From positions 1 through 38,767 of the IMG/VR virus record IMGVR_UViG_3300033067_002224: a DNA stretch of 38,767 nucleotides; one strand, 5' to 3'. Source of the DNA: a virus (Duplodnaviria; Caudoviricetes). Shown in pieces: positions 36,486-38,767 of the stretch (the first letter of the stretch is position 1; each line of letters starts with the position of its first letter). The notes under the pieces were generated by a model. It saw only the letters and a program-made list of their open reading frames with translations. It was not told the origin of the DNA and ran no database searches. Made by a program: the position numbers and the translations under genes.

Positions 36486-36823
36486 CTTTTTAGGGCTTTT
36501 ATTGCTTGTTGATATAATTTTTCTGTTTCTTCTTCTACTTTATGTTTTGGAAATTTTTTATAATCACCAGAATGACATGTGTCAAATCCTACAACATAAT
36601 ATCCTTTATATCGGGACCATGGTAATTTAATACCATTTTTGGTAATAAGTTCACCAAATGTTAATCCACCATGAATTATTATGTTATAACTTATTTCACC
36701 ATAATCTTTTCCAAACCATGGATGATTTTTGGTTACACCGACATATCCATTACCCCAACCTATTAATTTTTGTCTTTTAATATTTGGGACAGTAAATTTA
36801 ATTATTTTTGGTTTTCGGGCCAT
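36482..36823 (-). CDS. Phage hypothetical protein
   Basis: WGNGYV...HPW...HGGLTF...GFDTCH. Confidence 0.6.
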   Translation of the reverse strand: MARKPKIIKFTVPNIKRQKLIGWGNGYVGVTKNHPWFGKDYGEISYNIIIHGGLTFGELITKNGIKLPWSRYKGYYVVGFDTCHSGDYKKFPKHKVEEETEKLYQQAIKALKR

Positions 36824-37035
36824 ATAATTTCAACGTTTTCATCATTAATTTTATGAATCCATCTTATGTCATGTCTAAAAGTAGTATCTTTTTTTGCTGA
36901 ATAGAGTAATAACCATGGTCCTTTCTCTTGGGAAAACCCAACTTTATCTTGCTCTTTTTGAATCTCCCACTCATCTCCCCAGTTATTAATAATATCCTTT
37001 CCACGCTTTGATTTTGCTATAACTTTAATTTTCAT
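36802..37035 (-). CDS. Hypothetical protein
   Basis: ORF tiling. Confidence 0.55.
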   Translation of the reverse strand: MKIKVIAKSKRGKDIINNWGDEWEIQKEQDKVGFSQEKGPWLLLYSAKKDTTFRHDIRWIHKINDENVEIIWPENQK

Positions 37036-37231
37036 TTATGAAATAAATTTTAATTTGTTCAGGCTGTTTTGTTGAAATATTTTTTAGTTGAAAAAAGTAT
37101 ATTGGTAATTGAATACTCATATTAATGATAAGCATCAATATGAATGGTAATGTGTTAAACCAATCATATACTATATGTATAAATGCTATATTTAGCAAAA
37201 TTCCTGGAGCATAACATGTTATTGTTTTCAT
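37025..37231 (-). CDS. Small membrane protein
   Basis: Two hydrophobic segments. Confidence 0.5.
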   Translation of the reverse strand: MKTITCYAPGILLNIAFIHIVYDWFNTLPFILMLIINMSIQLPIYFFQLKNISTKQPEQIKIYFINEN

Positions 37232-37512
37232 TTGTTTGGTTTTAAAAGTATTAATAAATTTTCAATCCATTCACAAGTAAGAGGACCTTGAATATCACTA
37301 TTATATACGGTAATAATATCGTCATCTATTCTATTTTCATGTAATTTGCCTTCTCTAAGATAGACATATTGATTACCATATTGGATAGTACATGATATTG
37401 TTTTATAATTTTGCAAAAAAGCAGATATACTTATTTCATAAGTAATAATTATTGGTCCTATTTGCTCTTTAAATCCAAGTGATATTAGAAAATCCTTATT
37501 AATAGGTGTCAT
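37228..37512 (-). CDS. Hypothetical protein
   Basis: ORF tiling. Confidence 0.5.
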   Translation of the reverse strand: MTPINKDFLISLGFKEQIGPIIITYEISISAFLQNYKTISCTIQYGNQYVYLREGKLHENRIDDDIITVYNSDIQGPLTCEWIENLLILLKPNK

Positions 37513-38309
37513 ATTATAGAAGATTTAACTTCTTGAAGTAATTCTCTAAAACGAGGATCATCTTTAATTTCAGGTTGATAAGCTAAATTACGTTCTATTA
37601 AATCAATAGTATTAACTATTGTAGCCCCTTGAGCAAGATTAGGTTCTGTATTTAATATAAACGCTGTATCAGCAATTGCCAATGTATTTGATAAATCGTG
37701 TGATACAATTATTAATGTTTTTAACTCATCATTAGTTGATATTTTTATTAATGTATTGATAACTTTATCAATCATTACAATATCTAAACCTGAGAATGGT
37801 TCATCCATTAAAATAAAATTACCACCATTTAATAATTGTTCAGCGATAGCAACACGTTGTTTTTGACCACCAGATAACTGATTGGGAAATTTATCAAGAT
37901 GTTCTAAAATATTAAACTGATCAGCAATTTCAGCAATATAATGTACACGATCATTTATTGCTATTTGTGGGTTTTTAGCTACTGCAAATTCCAAAATAGT
38001 TTTTACTTTACGCCATTCGTAAATGTAATAATCCTGGAATATTACTCCCATATCTCCCATTTTAACAGGTTTTTGTTCTTTATCTATCAAAACTGTTCCT
38101 GTATTGGGTTTATTTAGTCCTGAAAGGATGTTAAATAATTGTGTTTTACCAATACCTGAGCGTCCTAATAAGGCTACTACTTGGCCTTGTTTAACATCAT
38201 CTCTATGAACATCTCTTATATCAAAATTGATATTTCTCAATATAGGTTTATTACCTAATGTAAGATTTACATCTTTAACCGACAATAGAACATCTGTTTT
38301 AGTTATCAT
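37509..38309 (-). CDS. ABC transporter ATP-binding protein (NitT/TauT-like)
   Basis: GRSGIGKT, Q-loop VIFQ, LSGGQKQR, ILMDEPF, VSHD. Confidence 0.9.
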   Translation of the reverse strand: MITKTDVLLSVKDVNLTLGNKPILRNINFDIRDVHRDDVKQGQVVALLGRSGIGKTQLFNILSGLNKPNTGTVLIDKEQKPVKMGDMGVIFQDYYIYEWRKVKTILEFAVAKNPQIAINDRVHYIAEIADQFNILEHLDKFPNQLSGGQKQRVAIAEQLLNGGNFILMDEPFSGLDIVMIDKVINTLIKISTNDELKTLIIVSHDLSNTLAIADTAFILNTEPNLAQGATIVNTIDLIERNLAYQPEIKDDPRFRELLQEVKSSII

Positions 38310-38505
38310 TTATAAGTGATTTTAAATTTCCATCTACAATTTCATTAGCGTGTTTTTCAAAAAATTCAGCATTTGTTTTTAGCAAACGAGATGTTTTTTG
38401 ATATACGGCAGCTAATAGAAAATTATCCTTATTTTTTACGGCTTTATCTTGGATTTTACTTAGTTGATCAAGATTTTTTTTAATATATTCAAAATCTATA
38501 GTCAT
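38299..38505 (-). CDS. Hypothetical protein
   Basis: ORF tiling. Confidence 0.5.
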   Translation of the reverse strand: MTIDFEYIKKNLDQLSKIQDKAVKNKDNFLLAAVYQKTSRLLKTNAEFFEKHANEIVDGNLKSLINDN

Positions 38506-38507
38506 AA

Positions 38508-38729
38508 TTAATAAATTTGTTTATCATTAAAAACTACTATTTTCTCCCCAAATTCAGTATGATATGATCCCCAATAATGGGTATTTGTAGCATCATATAT
38601 ATAAACTCTAACAGAATCTGGTTTAATATAAACCATATCTCCTACTTTATGTTGAAGAATATGTTTTGGACATTTGCTACTACATGAAAATAATGTTAGT
38701 AGAGTTATTATCAAAGTAAATTTTTTCAT
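38508..38729 (-). CDS. Small lipoprotein
   Basis: Likely start MKKFTLIITLLTLFS|C. Confidence 0.55.
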   Translation of the reverse strand: MKKFTLIITLLTLFSCSSKCPKHILQHKVGDMVYIKPDSVRVYIYDATNTHYWGSYHTEFGEKIVVFNDKQIY

Positions 38730-38767
38730 ATTATTTATTTTAAAATCTATACATTCTGAATGCATCA

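Noticed and set aside
1-38767. Stop-codon recoding (alternative genetic code)
   Set aside because: Genes tile densely under the standard code, and TGA, TAA and TAG all serve as stops.

Overview
AT-rich segment of a large T4-like (myovirus-type) phage genome, probably infecting Bacteroidota. The host call rests on lipoprotein and Q-rule signal peptides, TAnnTTT(A/G)-type promoter boxes and no obvious Shine-Dalgarno sequences. Essentially all real genes lie on the minus strand. Positions 1-16 kb are a late/structural module: a >1350-aa baseplate/virion protein running off the left edge, gp6- and gp25-like baseplate proteins, a tail-tube-like protein, a GH108 lysozyme, a hub/spike candidate and a gp55-like sigma factor. 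Positions 16-38.7 kb are an early/accessory region of many small genes: HD hydrolases, a cyclic-phosphate receiver domain, AT-hook-like proteins, a divergent PurA with a vWA protein, a metallophosphoesterase and an orphan ABC ATPase. The most striking signal is a family of six genes interleaved with the baseplate genes. They carry a MIKFxxILxE leader and are built from shuffled modules (A, B, C), each starting at an (L/I)xE|IG(V/I)NxP junction (11 copies). This pattern suggests capsid-targeted, protease-processed modular polyproteins. The second signal is a ~610-nt highly structured non-coding element flanked by a 9-bp direct repeat. All product calls come from motif recognition by eye, not from database searches.
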